The notes: a model not told the origin generated them from the letters alone. A stretch of 64,000 nt of DNA from Bacteroidota bacterium (GCA_040751955.1 JBFMFY010000007.1:23949-87948); one strand, 5' to 3'. Shown: positions 18,383 through 29,525, numbered from the stretch's first letter. Numbers and translations: made by a program.

Positions 18383-19771
18383 ATGAAACAATTTGAATCG
18401 ATTGATGTTGGCATTCTAAAAAAATACTCCGGTCAAGGACCGCGCTACACAAGTTATCCCACTGCGCCTCTCTTTTCTTCCTCTTTCGGTCCAAAGGAAT
18501 ACAGAGAAGAGATCGCAAAGACAAATACGGACGGAAGCAGCGCCGACCTTTCCCTGTATTTTCATTTCCCGTACTGCGATACACTCTGCTATTTCTGCGG
18601 CTGCACAATGCTGGTCACGCACGATCACAACAATATTGTCAACTATAATAAGTTTCTTAAAAAAGAGATCGAAATGGTTTCGCCGATGATTTCTCCGAAT
18701 CGTACGGTGTCACAGTTGCACTGGGGGGGCGGAACGCCGTCGTACCAGGAGCCGGAGGAAATTCGTAACATCGGTTCGTTCATTAAAAATCATTTTCACT
18801 TTGCAGATGGTATCGAAGCAAGTGTCGAAATCGATCCCCGCGGATTGACATATGAACATATGAAAGCGCTGCGCGAAAGCGGATTTAACCGTGTAAGCAT
18901 GGGCGTGCAGGATTTCAACGAAAAAGTGCAGGAGGCGGTCAATCGGATTCAGCCTGAATCGATCACTCGCGCAGCAGTGGATTGGAGCCGCAATCTCGGT
19001 TTCTCCAGCATCAATCTCGATCTGATCTACGGTTTGCCGTACCAAACATTGAAAACATTTGAAGAAACGGTAGAGAAAGTAATAGATATTTCACCGGACA
19101 GAATTGCGGTCTTCAATTATGCGCACGTGCCGTGGCTGAAGCCGCATCAAAAAGTGATCAAGACGGAAACACTGCCGACGGTAGAAGAGAAACTGGAAAT
19201 TTTCAAAATGACGATTGAGAAACTTGTCGATGCAGGATACTGGAACATCGGCATGGATCATTTCGCGAAGGCGACCGATGAGATAACGATCGCACAGAAG
19301 AATAAAACAATGTACCGCAACTTCCAGGGATACTCGACCAAAGCAGGATGCGACCTGTACGGATTCGGGATGTCTGCGATCGGACATTTTCAAAATACAT
19401 ACCACCAGAACGTTAAAACGGTGACCGGATATTGCAACACAATCGGCGCGGGAAACTTTGCAACGACCGTCGGCTACAGAATGACTGCGGACGATCATAT
19501 ACGCAAAGATGTCATCATGCGGATCATGTGCGATATGGAATTAGACATTCCCGCAACCGAAGCAAAACACAAGATCAATTTCAGAGATTATTTTGCTTCG
19601 TCGTTCGATAAGCTTCAACCCTTTGTTGATGATGGTTTGGTAACAATTGAACCGACAAAGATTATCGTTCACGGGCTTGGCAGACTTGTTATCCGCAACA
19701 TCGCCATGGCATTTGATGCATACATTGACCAAATGATGAAAGAAAAACCGATCTTTTCAAAGACTGTGTAA
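18383..19771 (+). CDS. hemN: Oxygen-independent coproporphyrinogen III oxidase (radical SAM).
   Basis: The motifs 'YFHFPYCDTLCYFCGC' (CxxxCxxC) and 'GGGTPS' are present. The 462-aa length is typical of HemN rather than HemW. Confidence 0.9.
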   Translation: MKQFESIDVGILKKYSGQGPRYTSYPTAPLFSSSFGPKEYREEIAKTNTDGSSADLSLYFHFPYCDTLCYFCGCTMLVTHDHNNIVNYNKFLKKEIEMVSPMISPNRTVSQLHWGGGTPSYQEPEEIRNIGSFIKNHFHFADGIEASVEIDPRGLTYEHMKALRESGFNRVSMGVQDFNEKVQEAVNRIQPESITRAAVDWSRNLGFSSINLDLIYGLPYQTLKTFEETVEKVIDISPDRIAVFNYAHVPWLKPHQKVIKTETLPTVEEKLEIFKMTIEKLVDAGYWNIGMDHFAKATDEITIAQKNKTMYRNFQGYSTKAGCDLYGFGMSAIGHFQNTYHQNVKTVTGYCNTIGAGNFATTVGYRMTADDHIRKDVIMRIMCDMELDIPATEAKHKINFRDYFASSFDKLQPFVDDGLVTIEPTKIIVHGLGRLVIRNIAMAFDAYIDQMMKEKPIFSKTV

Positions 19772-19840
19772 AGAACTTCCGCACCTTTGCGAAGAGTAGG
19801 AAGGGATTATGAAAACCTTCGCATGGACCAGTATAAAAGA

Positions 19841-20836
19841 ATGAGCCCATACAAAGAAAGAATTGCCGTTGTACTTCTCCAACTCGGCGGACCAGACAAT
19901 CTTGCGGCGGTTGAACCATTTCTCTACAACTTGTTCTGCGACCCGGACATCATTGATATTCCCGGTGCATTCTTATTTCGCAAAAGGCTTGCACGAATGA
20001 TCTCTACCCGCCGGGCGCCGAAAGTGCAGGAGTTATACAAACGCATTGGCAATCGATCGCCGATTTTGAAGCAGACGAAATTGCAGGCAGACCGCTTGTT
20101 GGAAAGGCTGAGAGGAAAAGGATACACAGTTGATGTTCACATTGCGATGCGCTACTGGCATCCGTTGACCGATGTTGCCGTTCAAAACGTTTTCGATTCG
20201 AAACCCGACCGCATTGTTTTACTTCCGCTCTATCCCCACTATTGCAAGGCGACAACAGGATCAAGTGTGAATGAATGGAATCGAACAATCAAACGATTGA
20301 ACATGCCGGAGATACCAACAACGCTGATTGAACATTATTACGATCATCCGTTGTACATTGAAGCAATGGTGAATCGTATTCGTTGCGCACTCAATCGTGT
20401 TCCGAAGAATGAACGTTCCAAAGTGCAGATCGTGTTCAGCGCGCACGGCACACCGATGAAATTGGTGCGGGATGGCGATCCGTATTCGCATCACATCAGA
20501 AAAACGTATGAACTTGTTGTTGAAAAGGGGCAGTTCGGATTGCCGCATGCGCTCTGTTTTCAAAGCAAAGTTGGTCCGCAAAAATGGTTGACCCCGTCGC
20601 TTGTTGAAACGATTGATCGATTGGGACATGCAGGGGCAACACATCTTCTTGTCGTACCCATTGCATTTGTGACCGATCATATCGAGACGCTCTCCGAGAT
20701 CAACATCGAAGCACGCGATGAGGCGCTGAAATTAGGAGTGAAGTACTACGACATGATGCCGGCATTGCTGACGGAAGAGTCGTTCATTGAATGCCTCTCT
20801 GATCTTGTTGAGAAAAGATTATCGACACCACAATGA
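19841..20836 (+). CDS. hemH: Ferrochelatase.
   Basis: 'IAVVLLQLGGPDNLAAVEPFLYNLFCDPDIIDIP' is present. The start is taken at 'MSPYKERIAVV'. The ORF track extends to 19787. Confidence 0.9.
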   Translation: MSPYKERIAVVLLQLGGPDNLAAVEPFLYNLFCDPDIIDIPGAFLFRKRLARMISTRRAPKVQELYKRIGNRSPILKQTKLQADRLLERLRGKGYTVDVHIAMRYWHPLTDVAVQNVFDSKPDRIVLLPLYPHYCKATTGSSVNEWNRTIKRLNMPEIPTTLIEHYYDHPLYIEAMVNRIRCALNRVPKNERSKVQIVFSAHGTPMKLVRDGDPYSHHIRKTYELVVEKGQFGLPHALCFQSKVGPQKWLTPSLVETIDRLGHAGATHLLVVPIAFVTDHIETLSEINIEARDEALKLGVKYYDMMPALLTEESFIECLSDLVEKRLSTPQ

Positions 20837-22230
20837 CCTCTTCTCACATTACAATTATTGGCGGAGGAATTTCGGGGCTTGCAACAGCGTGGTGGCTGAA
20901 GAAACAGGGCTATTCCGTGGCGCTCTTTGAGAGAGATGCAGAGGTCGGCGGAACAATGAAGACAGTAATGAAGGAGGGCTGGCTGATCGAAACAGGTCCC
21001 AACAGTGCGCTTGAAACGACGCCCCTCTTTAAGATATTGTTTGCCGATCTCGGGATTGAGAAAGAGCTTGTCTATGCAAATCCTGCGGGAAAGAATCGTT
21101 ACATTCTGCGCGAAGGGAAATTGCATCCGTTGCCAATGTCTCCGGGAAAATTTTTGGCGTCAACGCTCTGGTCGCCGGCGGGAAAGATGCGCCTCTTGAA
21201 AGAACCGTTTGTCGGCAAAGCGGCAAAAGAAGAATCGATTGCGGAATTTGTCGTGCGAAGATTAGGAAGAGAATTTTTGGATTACGCGATCAACCCTTTC
21301 GTTGCGGGAGTTTTCGCCGGATCACCGGAAAAATTAAGCGTCCGCGCAGCGTTTCCAAAACTGTATGCACTGGAAGAGAAGTACGGCGGATTGATACGCG
21401 GGCAGATTGCCGGTGCACGCGACCGGAAGAAACGGGGAGAAGTTGCAAAAGACCGCGCGCAGATGTTTTCATTTAAAAGCGGAATGCAGACATTGCCCAA
21501 GGCGCTTGGCAAAGCACTCGGAGATTCTATACGGACGTCGTCTAGTGTGGACGGAATTGACCTCGGCGGGAACGGGAAAGGGAAAGGATACACACTCCGA
21601 TATGTATCAAATGGTTCCGCACACACACACTCGACGAACATCGTAGTTCTTGCCGTTCCTGCACCTGCCGCCGCCCGTTTCGTGCAGCCGTTCGATAGTT
21701 CGCTAGCACATGCGATACGGGAAATTTATTATCCGCCGGTAACGGAAGTATTTGTCGGATACAGATCAGAGCAGGTACGACTGCCGATGGACGGATTCGG
21801 TTTTTTGATACCCGAAAAGGAAAACAGGAAGATTCTCGGCGCGATCTGGTCATCGTCATTGTTTGAATGCCGCGCTCCCGATGGGTGCGCTGCCGTCACC
21901 GTTTTTGTGGGCGGATCCCGTCAACCGGAGAATGCGTTGATACACGACGGAGAATTGCTTTCAATGGTACACAATGAATTGAACGAGTTGATGCACATCA
22001 ACGGTGAACCGATCTTCACCCATATCACGCGATGGGAGAAGGCGATTCCGCAGTATCACCTCGGACATTTGCAGGTTACCGAACGTATGGCGCAATTCGA
22101 GCGACTGCACCCGGGGCTGTTTCTGTCCGGAAATTATCGCGGCGGCATCAGTGTCAGCGACTGTGTACTTCAGTCCGAAAAAATAAGTCAACAAATTATC
22201 GAATACATTGCTTCACAAAAAACAGAATGA
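20833..22230 (+). CDS. hemY: Protoporphyrinogen oxidase (FAD-dependent, HemY/PPOX type).
   Basis: The FAD motif '[17 protein letters not shown]' is present and the PPOX-like length is 465 aa. An ATGA overlap links it to hemH. Confidence 0.85.
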   Translation: MTSSHITIIGGGISGLATAWWLKKQGYSVALFERDAEVGGTMKTVMKEGWLIETGPNSALETTPLFKILFADLGIEKELVYANPAGKNRYILREGKLHPLPMSPGKFLASTLWSPAGKMRLLKEPFVGKAAKEESIAEFVVRRLGREFLDYAINPFVAGVFAGSPEKLSVRAAFPKLYALEEKYGGLIRGQIAGARDRKKRGEVAKDRAQMFSFKSGMQTLPKALGKALGDSIRTSSSVDGIDLGGNGKGKGYTLRYVSNGSAHTHSTNIVVLAVPAPAAARFVQPFDSSLAHAIREIYYPPVTEVFVGYRSEQVRLPMDGFGFLIPEKENRKILGAIWSSSLFECRAPDGCAAVTVFVGGSRQPENALIHDGELLSMVHNELNELMHINGEPIFTHITRWEKAIPQYHLGHLQVTERMAQFERLHPGLFLSGNYRGGISVSDCVLQSEKISQQIIEYIASQKTE

Positions 22231-22237
22231 GGATAGT

Positions 22238-23224
22238 ATGTCACTAAAAATAGAATCAAACCAGCGCCTTCGCCGGTTAAGAATGAAACCGGCATTTCGC
22301 GACATGGTGCGCGAAACGGAACTGTCGCCGAAAGATTTCATCTACCCTTTGTTTGTTGTTCCCGGAAAGAAATTCAAGAAAGAAGTCTCCTCCATGCCCG
22401 GCGTGTTCCAGCAATCGGTTGATGAACTTGTGAAAGATTGTGCAGAGACGTATTCAATGGGAATTCCCGCCGTCATTCTGTTCGGTATTCCCGAACACAA
22501 AGACGATGTTGGCAGCGGAGCGTACGACGAAAACGGTATTGTGCAGCAGGCAGTACGGGCGCTGAAGAAAGATGTTCCCGGACTTGTCGTCATCACCGAC
22601 GTTTGCCTGTGCGAGTACACCTCGCACGGCCATTGCGGCATCGTGCAGGGAGACGAAATTGTGAATGACGCTTCGGTAGAGTTGCTGACGAAGGAAGCGC
22701 TCACGCACGCCCGGGCAGGCGCGGATATCATCGCACCGTCAGATATGTTCGACGGACGCATCGGCGCAATCCGCACGGTGCTGGATGAACATCATTTCCA
22801 CAACATTCCTATCATGTCGTACGCGGCAAAGTATGCATCGGGATTTTACGGACCGTTCCGCGAAGCCGCGGAGAGCACGCCGAAGTTCGGCGACCGTCGT
22901 TCGCATCAGATGGATCCCGCAAACAGCGATGAAGCAATCCGCGAAGTCAAACAAGATTTGGCTGAGGGTGCCGACATCGTGATGGTGAAACCTGCGCTTC
23001 CGTATCTCGATATTATCCGCCGCGTGAAAGACACATTCAGAGTTCCAACCGCGGCGTACAATGTGAGCGGTGAGTACGCGATGATCAAAGCGGCGGGTCG
23101 CAACGGATGGATTGATGAAGAGCGGGTAATGATGGAGACACTTCTGGGGATCAAACGCGCCGGCGCCGATATGATTTTGACGTACTTTGCCAAAGATGCC
23201 GCCAAAGTGCTTGCAAGAAAGTAA
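22238..23224 (+). CDS. hemB: Porphobilinogen synthase (delta-aminolevulinate dehydratase).
   Basis: The protein starts '[41 protein letters not shown]'. The active-site lysine region is '[12 protein letters not shown]'. An RBS 'aggat' lies upstream of ATG 22238. Confidence 0.92.
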   Translation: MSLKIESNQRLRRLRMKPAFRDMVRETELSPKDFIYPLFVVPGKKFKKEVSSMPGVFQQSVDELVKDCAETYSMGIPAVILFGIPEHKDDVGSGAYDENGIVQQAVRALKKDVPGLVVITDVCLCEYTSHGHCGIVQGDEIVNDASVELLTKEALTHARAGADIIAPSDMFDGRIGAIRTVLDEHHFHNIPIMSYAAKYASGFYGPFREAAESTPKFGDRRSHQMDPANSDEAIREVKQDLAEGADIVMVKPALPYLDIIRRVKDTFRVPTAAYNVSGEYAMIKAAGRNGWIDEERVMMETLLGIKRAGADMILTYFAKDAAKVLARK

Positions 23225-23320
23225 GTTACCACTCTCGTTGTTGTTCGACAGTTTAACAGTTGAACTGGTTACTGTCCGAGAGTTGAACTCTCGGACAACA
23301 TAAGATTGCAAACACAACAC

Positions 23321-23372
23321 TATAGTCATGCTGAGCAAGTCCGCCGTAGGCGGACGCGTCGAAGCATATCCC
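23321..23372. repeat. Nested-palindrome repeat copy between hemB and hemL.
   Basis: The sequence is tatAGTCATGCTGAGCAAg-tccgccgtaggcgga-cGCGTCGAAGCAT. Confidence 0.6.
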
Positions 23373-23379
23373 AAAAACT

Positions 23380-24675
23380 ATGAACACAAAAACATCAGAT
23401 GCATTATTTCAGCGTGCACTGCAAAAAATTCCCGGCGGAGTGAATTCTCCGGTACGCGCATTCAAATCGGTGGGACGAAATCCGGTCTTCATTAAAAAAG
23501 CGCAAGGCTCAAAACTGTGGGATGTTGACGGGAACGAATACATTGATTATGTCGGCTCATGGGGACCGATGATTCTCGGTCATGCACATCCGGCAATTCT
23601 CGATGCAGTGCAGAAAGCTGCGATTGACGGGACAAGTTTCGGTGCGGCAACGGAGCGCGAAGTGGAAATGGCGGAACTGATCTGTTCCATCATGCCGTCC
23701 ATCGAAATGGTGCGTATGGTAAATTCCGGCACAGAAGCGACAATGAGTGCGATCCGGCTGGCGCGCGCGTTCACAGGGAAAGAAAAGATCATCAAGTTTG
23801 AAGGATGCTATCACGGACATGCAGATTCTTTTTTGATCAAAGCAGGTTCCGGCGCAATGACTTTCGGCGTGCCGGACAGTCCGGGCGTTCCCGCCTCAAT
23901 CGCCGGCGCAACATTGACTGCGCGGTACAATGACCTTGCGTCGGTAGAAAAATTGTTCGGTGAATATTCCGGACAGGTTGCAGGAATAATTGTTGAACCG
24001 GTTGTCGGGAACATGGGGTGCATTCCTCCTGATAAAGGATTTCTGGAAGGATTACGGAATCTGTGTGCGCAGCACAAAGCATTGTTCATTATGGATGAAG
24101 TGATGACAGGATTCCGCGTAGCACTCGGCGGCGCGCAGCAATTGTACGGCGTTTCACCGGACATTACAACGCTGGGAAAAATCATCGGCGGAGGCTTGCC
24201 GGTGGGTGCATACGGCGGGAAAAAAGAAATTATGCAAATGGTTGCGCCCAGCGGACCGATGTATCAGGCAGGAACATTATCGGGGAATCCGCTGGCGATG
24301 GCAGCAGGGATCGCAATGCTGACGATGTTGAAAAAAGATTCTTCCATCTATACCACATTGGAAAATCTTTCATCGAAATTGGAACATGGGATCGCCGATG
24401 TTGCAAAGCGATTTCAACTTCCGTTGATGCAAAATCGAGTCGGTTCCATGTTCACGCTCTTCTTTACGCAGGGAACCGTGAAAGATTATGATACCGCAAA
24501 GACTTCGAACATAACACTATTCGGAAAATATTTTAACGAAATGCTGGACCGCGGAATTTATCTTGCGCCGTCGCAATTCGAAGCGGCATTTATGTCCGCT
24601 GCGCACACTGAAAGTGACATCGACCGTACCCTGACGGCAGCGGAAGCATCGTTGAAGAGTGTCTTTGGAAAGTGA
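23380..24675 (+). CDS. hemL: Glutamate-1-semialdehyde 2,1-aminomutase.
   Basis: '[23 protein letters not shown]' and '[15 protein letters not shown]' are present. Confidence 0.95.
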   Translation: MNTKTSDALFQRALQKIPGGVNSPVRAFKSVGRNPVFIKKAQGSKLWDVDGNEYIDYVGSWGPMILGHAHPAILDAVQKAAIDGTSFGAATEREVEMAELICSIMPSIEMVRMVNSGTEATMSAIRLARAFTGKEKIIKFEGCYHGHADSFLIKAGSGAMTFGVPDSPGVPASIAGATLTARYNDLASVEKLFGEYSGQVAGIIVEPVVGNMGCIPPDKGFLEGLRNLCAQHKALFIMDEVMTGFRVALGGAQQLYGVSPDITTLGKIIGGGLPVGAYGGKKEIMQMVAPSGPMYQAGTLSGNPLAMAAGIAMLTMLKKDSSIYTTLENLSSKLEHGIADVAKRFQLPLMQNRVGSMFTLFFTQGTVKDYDTAKTSNITLFGKYFNEMLDRGIYLAPSQFEAAFMSAAHTESDIDRTLTAAEASLKSVFGK

Positions 24676-24687
24676 ATCAAATAATAC

Positions 24688-24718
24688 GTCATTCCCGCAT
24701 ACTTTGAGCGGGAATCTA
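24688..24718. repeat. Hairpin repeat 'GTCATTCCCGC-N10-GCGGGAATC' between hemL and tRNA-Glu. It may act as a terminator.
   Basis: An 8-bp stem ATTCCCGC/GCGGGAAT is present. It has the same core as 37520-37545. Confidence 0.55.
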
Positions 24719-24778
24719 ACCATAGATGTACTGACAAAAACAGGCGTGATGAATCTTGTTGAGCGAGGGATTTTTTTG

Positions 24779-24851
24779 TGTCCCCAACAAGATTCGAACT
24801 TGTGTCTGGAGCTTGAGAAACTCCCGTCCTAGGCCTCTAGACGATAGGGAC
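24779..24851 (-). tRNA. tRNA-Glu: tRNA-Glu, anticodon CUC.
   Basis: The minus-strand sequence reads GTCCCTATCGTCTAGAGGCCTAGGACGGGAGTTTCTCAAGCTCCAGACACAAGTTCGAATCTTGTTGGGGACA. It shows the typical tRNA-Glu D-arm 'CGTCTAGAGGCCTAGGAC' and T-loop 'GTTCGAATC', and folds into a cloverleaf with a 7-bp acceptor stem. CCA is not encoded. Confidence 0.85.
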
Positions 24852-24941
24852 AGGACAATATAAAAAAATTTCAGCGGCGGAAAAAGACGAATAATTCTCG
24901 CCCAATGCAGCCGTGATTGTCGTGCTCGGCTGCAGATATGA

Positions 24942-27900
24942 TCAATATTCTTTTTCTTTCACAAATTTTTCCTTCATCCACTCTTTTATCTTTTCTGTCC
25001 ACTCATCAACCAGCGAGTACGCTGTCGGTACGACGACGAGCGTGAGGAATGTGGAGAATGTTAAGCCGAAGATGATTGCAACTGCCAGCGGACGCCAGAA
25101 GCCGGCGCTTTCCGATCCGGTGACGAAATGAAATTCTGTCCAATTGAAATCAAAGCCCGTTCCCATCGGAATCAATGCCAGCACTGCGGCTGCGGCGGTT
25201 AACAGCACAGGGCGCAAACGGACTCTGCCTGCTTCGAGCAATGCGTCATCCAATGAAAGTCCCCCTTCATTATGTTTATGTTTTACAAAGTCGAGAAGAA
25301 TAATGCCGTTGCGCACCACGATTCCTGCAAGCGCAACAATGCCGACGCCCGTCATCATCACGCTGAGTGCTGTGCGTGTGACGAGCAAGCCGAAGAGTAC
25401 TCCTATCAACGACAATATCACCGAGATCATGATCACGAACGGAACTTTCATCGAATTGAATTCCATTACCATAATTAAAAAGACGAGCAGGAGCGTTATG
25501 ACAAACGCGCGGCTCAGGAAGTCGGACGCTTTCTGCTGTTCTTCTTCCGAACCTGTCAGTTTTACTGAATACCCGTTCGGCATTTCGATACCTGCGATTC
25601 GTGCTTTCACATCGTTAATCACTTCGGACTGTACGCGTCCCTCCACATCGCCGCTGACTGTGATGACGCGTTTCATATCTTTGCGGCGAATGTCCGTTAC
25701 GGATGTGGTGCGGCGGATGGTTGCAACCGATGTGAGCGGAATCGAGAGCAACTGTCCGCGCCTGTTCATAAAATTGATGCGGAGATTTTCGAGATCGGCA
25801 GGGGCAGTGCGCTGGTCTTCTTTTAACCGCACTCGGATTTTGTATTCATCTTCACCCACGCGGTACTTCGACGCCTCAACGCCTGCAATTGCCGCACGGA
25901 CCGTTGATGCGATCTGTCCTGTGCTCGTCCAAAACAATCCCGCTTTTTCGCGGTCAACGATAATTTCCACTTCGGGGCGTCCGGTATTGTAATCATCTTT
26001 CAAATCCACAAGCCCGGGAACATCTTTGATTTTTTCGCGGATCTGTTTGCTGAGTGTTGCAAGTTGAGTGTAATCCTCGCCCGAAACTTCGATGTTCACG
26101 GGAGCGCCAACCGGAGGTCCCATCTGCTGTTTGGTCAACCGCAGATCGGCACCTGCAATACCGGCTAATTTTTCACGTACTTCTTCCATCGTTACGAATG
26201 TGCTTTGTTTGCGGAAATCTTTTTCGAAGAAATTGATCGCAACACTTCCTTTATTTGATGTTCCCTGTCCGCCAAAATCGAACACGTTGTCCGATGTGCC
26301 GATGCGCGAAACGATGAATTCGACATCCTTTCGCCCCGGAATTTTTTCAAGCCGTTCTTCGAGAATTTTGGCAATCCCGTTGGTAATTTCCAGCGATGCA
26401 CCCGATGGACATTCGATGCTGATGCTGATCTGCGCCGGTTCCGTATTGGGGAAGAACTCAACTCCTTTATTGAACAATCCGAACAACACAATGATTGTCA
26501 GCAGGAGAATGAACGAACCGAGCATGGTTTTCTTCTTGTTGTGCAATGTCCACCGAATAACCTGCACATAATTCTTCTGCATCCAGGGGAAAAATTTATC
26601 ATCTACTTCGTGATACAGCCATGTGAACGGGTTGTACTTCTTGTACCAGTGTGGATGCTCGAGATTGAATTTTGCCTTCTTAATTTCTCTTTTGTAGTCA
26701 ATCCATTTCGCCGCTTGTACCGGACTGATGACATACGCAACAAAGAGCGATGCGGTCAACGTTACGATCAATGTGATCGGCAGAAATTTCATGAACTCGC
26801 CGACGATACCGGGCCAGAAGAGCAGAGGAATGAACGCAGAAAGAATCGTTACTGTTGATGTCAACACGGGGATGAAGACCTCGCCTGCGGCATTCTTTGC
26901 TGCGGCATTCGGCTCTTCACCGTACTCCTGCTGGTGGCGGTATGTATTTTCGATAACAACAATGGCATCATCAACAAGAATGCCGAGCACGAGCAAGAGA
27001 GAGAAGAGGACAACCATGTTCAGTGTAATTCCCATCGCGCTAAGGACAATATATCCGGTAAACATTGAAAGCGGAATCGCCGTCGAGATCAGCAATGAAT
27101 TCTTGAATCCGAAAAACATGAACAGCGCAAGCACGACGAGGAACATACCGGTGTAAATGCTGTTCTCCAGTTCATGCACCATGCGTTTGATAAAACGGGA
27201 TTGATCGCTGGAGATTTCGAGTTTGATCCCGTCGGGTAAATTGCTCTGCTCCACCGCAATGATTCGTTTCACTTCATCGGCGATGCGGACAAGATTTTCT
27301 CCTGCTCGCTTGCGCACTGCAAGTGTGACAACTTCGTTGCCATTCAACCGCGAGTAGGTTTGTCTGTCCTCAAACGAAGACTTGACCGTTGCGACATCCC
27401 GCAGATAAATCGGTTTGCCGTTTTGGATTTTTAAAATAATGTCTTCCAGCGGCTTCACTTGTTTGAATTCACCGGGAACGCGGACAGTGAGATTCTTTTC
27501 TTTCGTTTCGATCGTTCCGCCGGGAATTGAAAGATTTTCCACTCGGATTGCTCCCGATACGTCGTCGAAGCTGACCTGATATGCATTCATGCGGTACACA
27601 TCAACATTCACCTGAATTTCCGGTTCAAGTCCGCCGACAATATCTGCGCGCAGTACGCCGGGAACCGATTCGATCTTGTCTTGCAGCTCTTCTGCAACGT
27701 TCTTCAACCGCGCCGCGCCGACATCGCCGACAGCGTTCACATACATGATCGGGAATTCGCTGATGTTGATCTCCGAAACGATGGGATCAAGAATGTCGGC
27801 GGGAAGTTGTGAACGTGTCGAGTTCACCTTATCCCGAACGCGGCGGAGCGCTTCGTCGATATCGATGCCGGTGTTGAACTCGATGCTGATGGTTGACAGT

Positions 27901-28160
27901 CCCTCTTTTGAGACTGAACGGATCTCTTTGACATCTTTCAATCCCTTCAACGCGCGCTCGAGCGGCTGGGAAATTAATCCTTCGATGTCAATGGGTGAAA
28001 CGCCGATGTACGGAGTTGAAACGATAACGAGAGGAATGGTAATGTCCGGCGTTGCTTCCCGCGGCAAATCATTGTACGACGTGTACCCAAAGATGACGAT
28101 CAAAATCATTAACAGGTAAACGGCTGTTTTATTATCAACTGCTATGTTCCAGATTTTCAT
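24942..28160 (-). CDS. Efflux RND transporter permease subunit (AcrB/CzcA superfamily).
   Basis: The N-terminus is 'MKIWNIAVDNKTAVYLLMILIVIFG'. The protein is 1072 aa with 12 TM segments and large periplasmic loops. Confidence 0.9.
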   Translation of the reverse strand: MKIWNIAVDNKTAVYLLMILIVIFGYTSYNDLPREATPDITIPLVIVSTPYIGVSPIDIEGLISQPLERALKGLKDVKEIRSVSKEGLSTISIEFNTGIDIDEALRRVRDKVNSTRSQLPADILDPIVSEINISEFPIMYVNAVGDVGAARLKNVAEELQDKIESVPGVLRADIVGGLEPEIQVNVDVYRMNAYQVSFDDVSGAIRVENLSIPGGTIETKEKNLTVRVPGEFKQVKPLEDIILKIQNGKPIYLRDVATVKSSFEDRQTYSRLNGNEVVTLAVRKRAGENLVRIADEVKRIIAVEQSNLPDGIKLEISSDQSRFIKRMVHELENSIYTGMFLVVLALFMFFGFKNSLLISTAIPLSMFTGYIVLSAMGITLNMVVLFSLLLVLGILVDDAIVVIENTYRHQQEYGEEPNAAAKNAAGEVFIPVLTSTVTILSAFIPLLFWPGIVGEFMKFLPITLIVTLTASLFVAYVISPVQAAKWIDYKREIKKAKFNLEHPHWYKKYNPFTWLYHEVDDKFFPWMQKNYVQVIRWTLHNKKKTMLGSFILLLTIIVLFGLFNKGVEFFPNTEPAQISISIECPSGASLEITNGIAKILEERLEKIPGRKDVEFIVSRIGTSDNVFDFGGQGTSNKGSVAINFFEKDFRKQSTFVTMEEVREKLAGIAGADLRLTKQQMGPPVGAPVNIEVSGEDYTQLATLSKQIREKIKDVPGLVDLKDDYNTGRPEVEIIVDREKAGLFWTSTGQIASTVRAAIAGVEASKYRVGEDEYKIRVRLKEDQRTAPADLENLRINFMNRRGQLLSIPLTSVATIRRTTSVTDIRRKDMKRVITVSGDVEGRVQSEVINDVKARIAGIEMPNGYSVKLTGSEEEQQKASDFLSRAFVITLLLVFLIMVMEFNSMKVPFVIMISVILSLIGVLFGLLVTRTALSVMMTGVGIVALAGIVVRNGIILLDFVKHKHNEGGLSLDDALLEAGRVRLRPVLLTAAAAVLALIPMGTGFDFNWTEFHFVTGSESAGFWRPLAVAIIFGLTFSTFLTLVVVPTAYSLVDEWTEKIKEWMKEKFVKEKEY

Positions 28161-28174
28161 GCTATGTACTCCTG

Positions 28175-28296
28175 AGTATCATGCTTCGACGCAGTGCAAT
28201 AGAGTATCGTCATCCTGTGCAAGTCCCGATGCATTGTATCGGGACGCGTCGAAGGATGATCCATTTTGCGTATTGCACCTTGTTCAGCATGACTAT
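28175..28296. repeat. Full-length nested-palindrome element of about 120 nt between the RND pump and adaptor genes.
   Basis: The sequence reads catgcttcgacgcagtgcaatagag..GTCATCCTGtgcaag-[tcccgatgcattgtatcggga]-cGCGTCGAAGGATGAtc...ttgttcagcatgactat. The outer arms (atagtcatcctg / cagcatgactat) and the inner arms (tcatcct / aggatga) are both inverted repeats. Confidence 0.7.
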
Positions 28297-28315
28297 CTTT
28301 TTATTCTCTATTTTT

Positions 28316-29350
28316 TTATTCCGTCACCACAACCGGCGAGCCGTTGATCAGTTTCTGATACCCGGTGACAATCAAATGTTCTCCGATGTTCAATCCCGAT
28401 GTCACCTCAACGAGATTTCCCTGGCGGCCGCCGATTGTAATGCGCCGTTCTTCCGCAATGCCGTTGTTGTTCACATAAACAACGTACCGGTCGCGGTCTA
28501 CCAGTTGAATGATATTCTCACTGACGAGGATTGCGTCGGTTTTTTTCCTCCGGACAAGATTCACCTTTGCGACCATTTCAGGTTTGATCCTGCCGTGCGG
28601 ATTCTGCAGCACGATCTCGATGAGCATCGTGCGGTTCGCAGCCGAAACGGTTGAACTGACGAACGATACAGTGCCGTTCAGCACTTCACCGGGAACAGCG
28701 TCAAACGTCACCGATGCGGGTGTTCCTGTTTTTATCGTGCCGGCATATAATTCGGGAATCTCCGCTTGTATCTTAATCATGGATGTGTTCACTACCCGGG
28801 CAATCGGAACGCCGGGCGGAGCCATTTCGCCGGCATTCGGCATCGTATTGTCAACCACGCCGTCAATCGGACTGCGAAGTTGCGTCCGTTCCCAGCGCGC
28901 TTTCATCAAGTCGGCGTTGGCTTTTGCGGCGTCACGGCTGTAGATCATATTCTTGTACTGCAATTCGCTGATCCCTTGCTGTTCGTACACCGACTGCTGC
29001 TTTTCGACATTGAGTTGCGCGATCCGGTATTGCGCTTCGGCGGCGTCGTATCCCGCTTTGATCACTTCATCTTTGAGAATAACGATAAGATCACCTTTCT
29101 TCACATGGTCTCCCTTTTTTTTCACCCACTCTTTCACGACACCCCCTTCTTCGGGGCTTATCATCACATCTTCAAACGCTTTCACCGTACCGGCAACCTG
29201 AATGCCGTCGATCATGGGAGATGGTTTGATTTGTTGGACCGTAACGTTGACCGGTTGGACTTTTTGCGTGCTGCCTGTTTCTTCTTTTGTGCAGGAAGAA
29301 ACGCCGAGAAGGAAAACACAGATGACAACTGCGGTTGATATTTTTTTCAT
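28316..29350 (-). CDS. Efflux RND transporter periplasmic adaptor subunit (membrane fusion protein, HlyD/AcrA family), lipoprotein.
   Basis: The lipobox is 'LLGVSSC'. The protein shows biotinyl/lipoyl-like hairpin and beta-barrel MFP architecture. Confidence 0.85.
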   Translation of the reverse strand: MKKISTAVVICVFLLGVSSCTKEETGSTQKVQPVNVTVQQIKPSPMIDGIQVAGTVKAFEDVMISPEEGGVVKEWVKKKGDHVKKGDLIVILKDEVIKAGYDAAEAQYRIAQLNVEKQQSVYEQQGISELQYKNMIYSRDAAKANADLMKARWERTQLRSPIDGVVDNTMPNAGEMAPPGVPIARVVNTSMIKIQAEIPELYAGTIKTGTPASVTFDAVPGEVLNGTVSFVSSTVSAANRTMLIEIVLQNPHGRIKPEMVAKVNLVRRKKTDAILVSENIIQLVDRDRYVVYVNNNGIAEERRITIGGRQGNLVEVTSGLNIGEHLIVTGYQKLINGSPVVVTE

Positions 29351-29382
29351 TGATGGATTCCTTTGTTATTCATTTCTTTGGA

Positions 29383-29500
29383 ACATGCTTCGACGCAACG
29401 CAATAGAGCATAGTCATCCTGAGCAAATGCCGATGTTGGTATCGGCATGCGTCGAAGGATGACGCAATTCTATAAATTGCGCTTTGCTCAGCATGACTAT
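29383..29500. repeat. Second full-length copy of the same nested-palindrome element, between the adaptor and TolC-like genes. It is about 85% identical to the 28175-28296 copy.
   Basis: The sequence reads gaacatgcttcgacgcaacgcaatagagcatAGTCATCCTGAGCAAa-[tgccgatgttggtatcggca]-tGCGTCGAAGGATGAcgcaattctataaattgcgctTTGCTCAGCATGACTAT. Confidence 0.7.
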
Positions 29501-29525
29501 ATTTTTTTTGAAACGAGGACATTTC

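Noticed and set aside
22739-23374. 211-aa minus-strand ORF inside hemB
   Set aside because: It is a shadow ORF of a conserved gene.
24900-24941. Hairpin GCAGCCG-N13-CGGCTGC downstream of the RND pump gene as a terminator
   Set aside because: The stem is present, but it is not followed by a U-run on the minus strand. It is not called.
25144-25992. 282-aa ORF on the plus strand inside the RND pump gene
   Set aside because: It is antisense to a well-supported 1072-aa CDS and gives a low-complexity Ser/Thr/Arg-rich translation. It is a shadow ORF.
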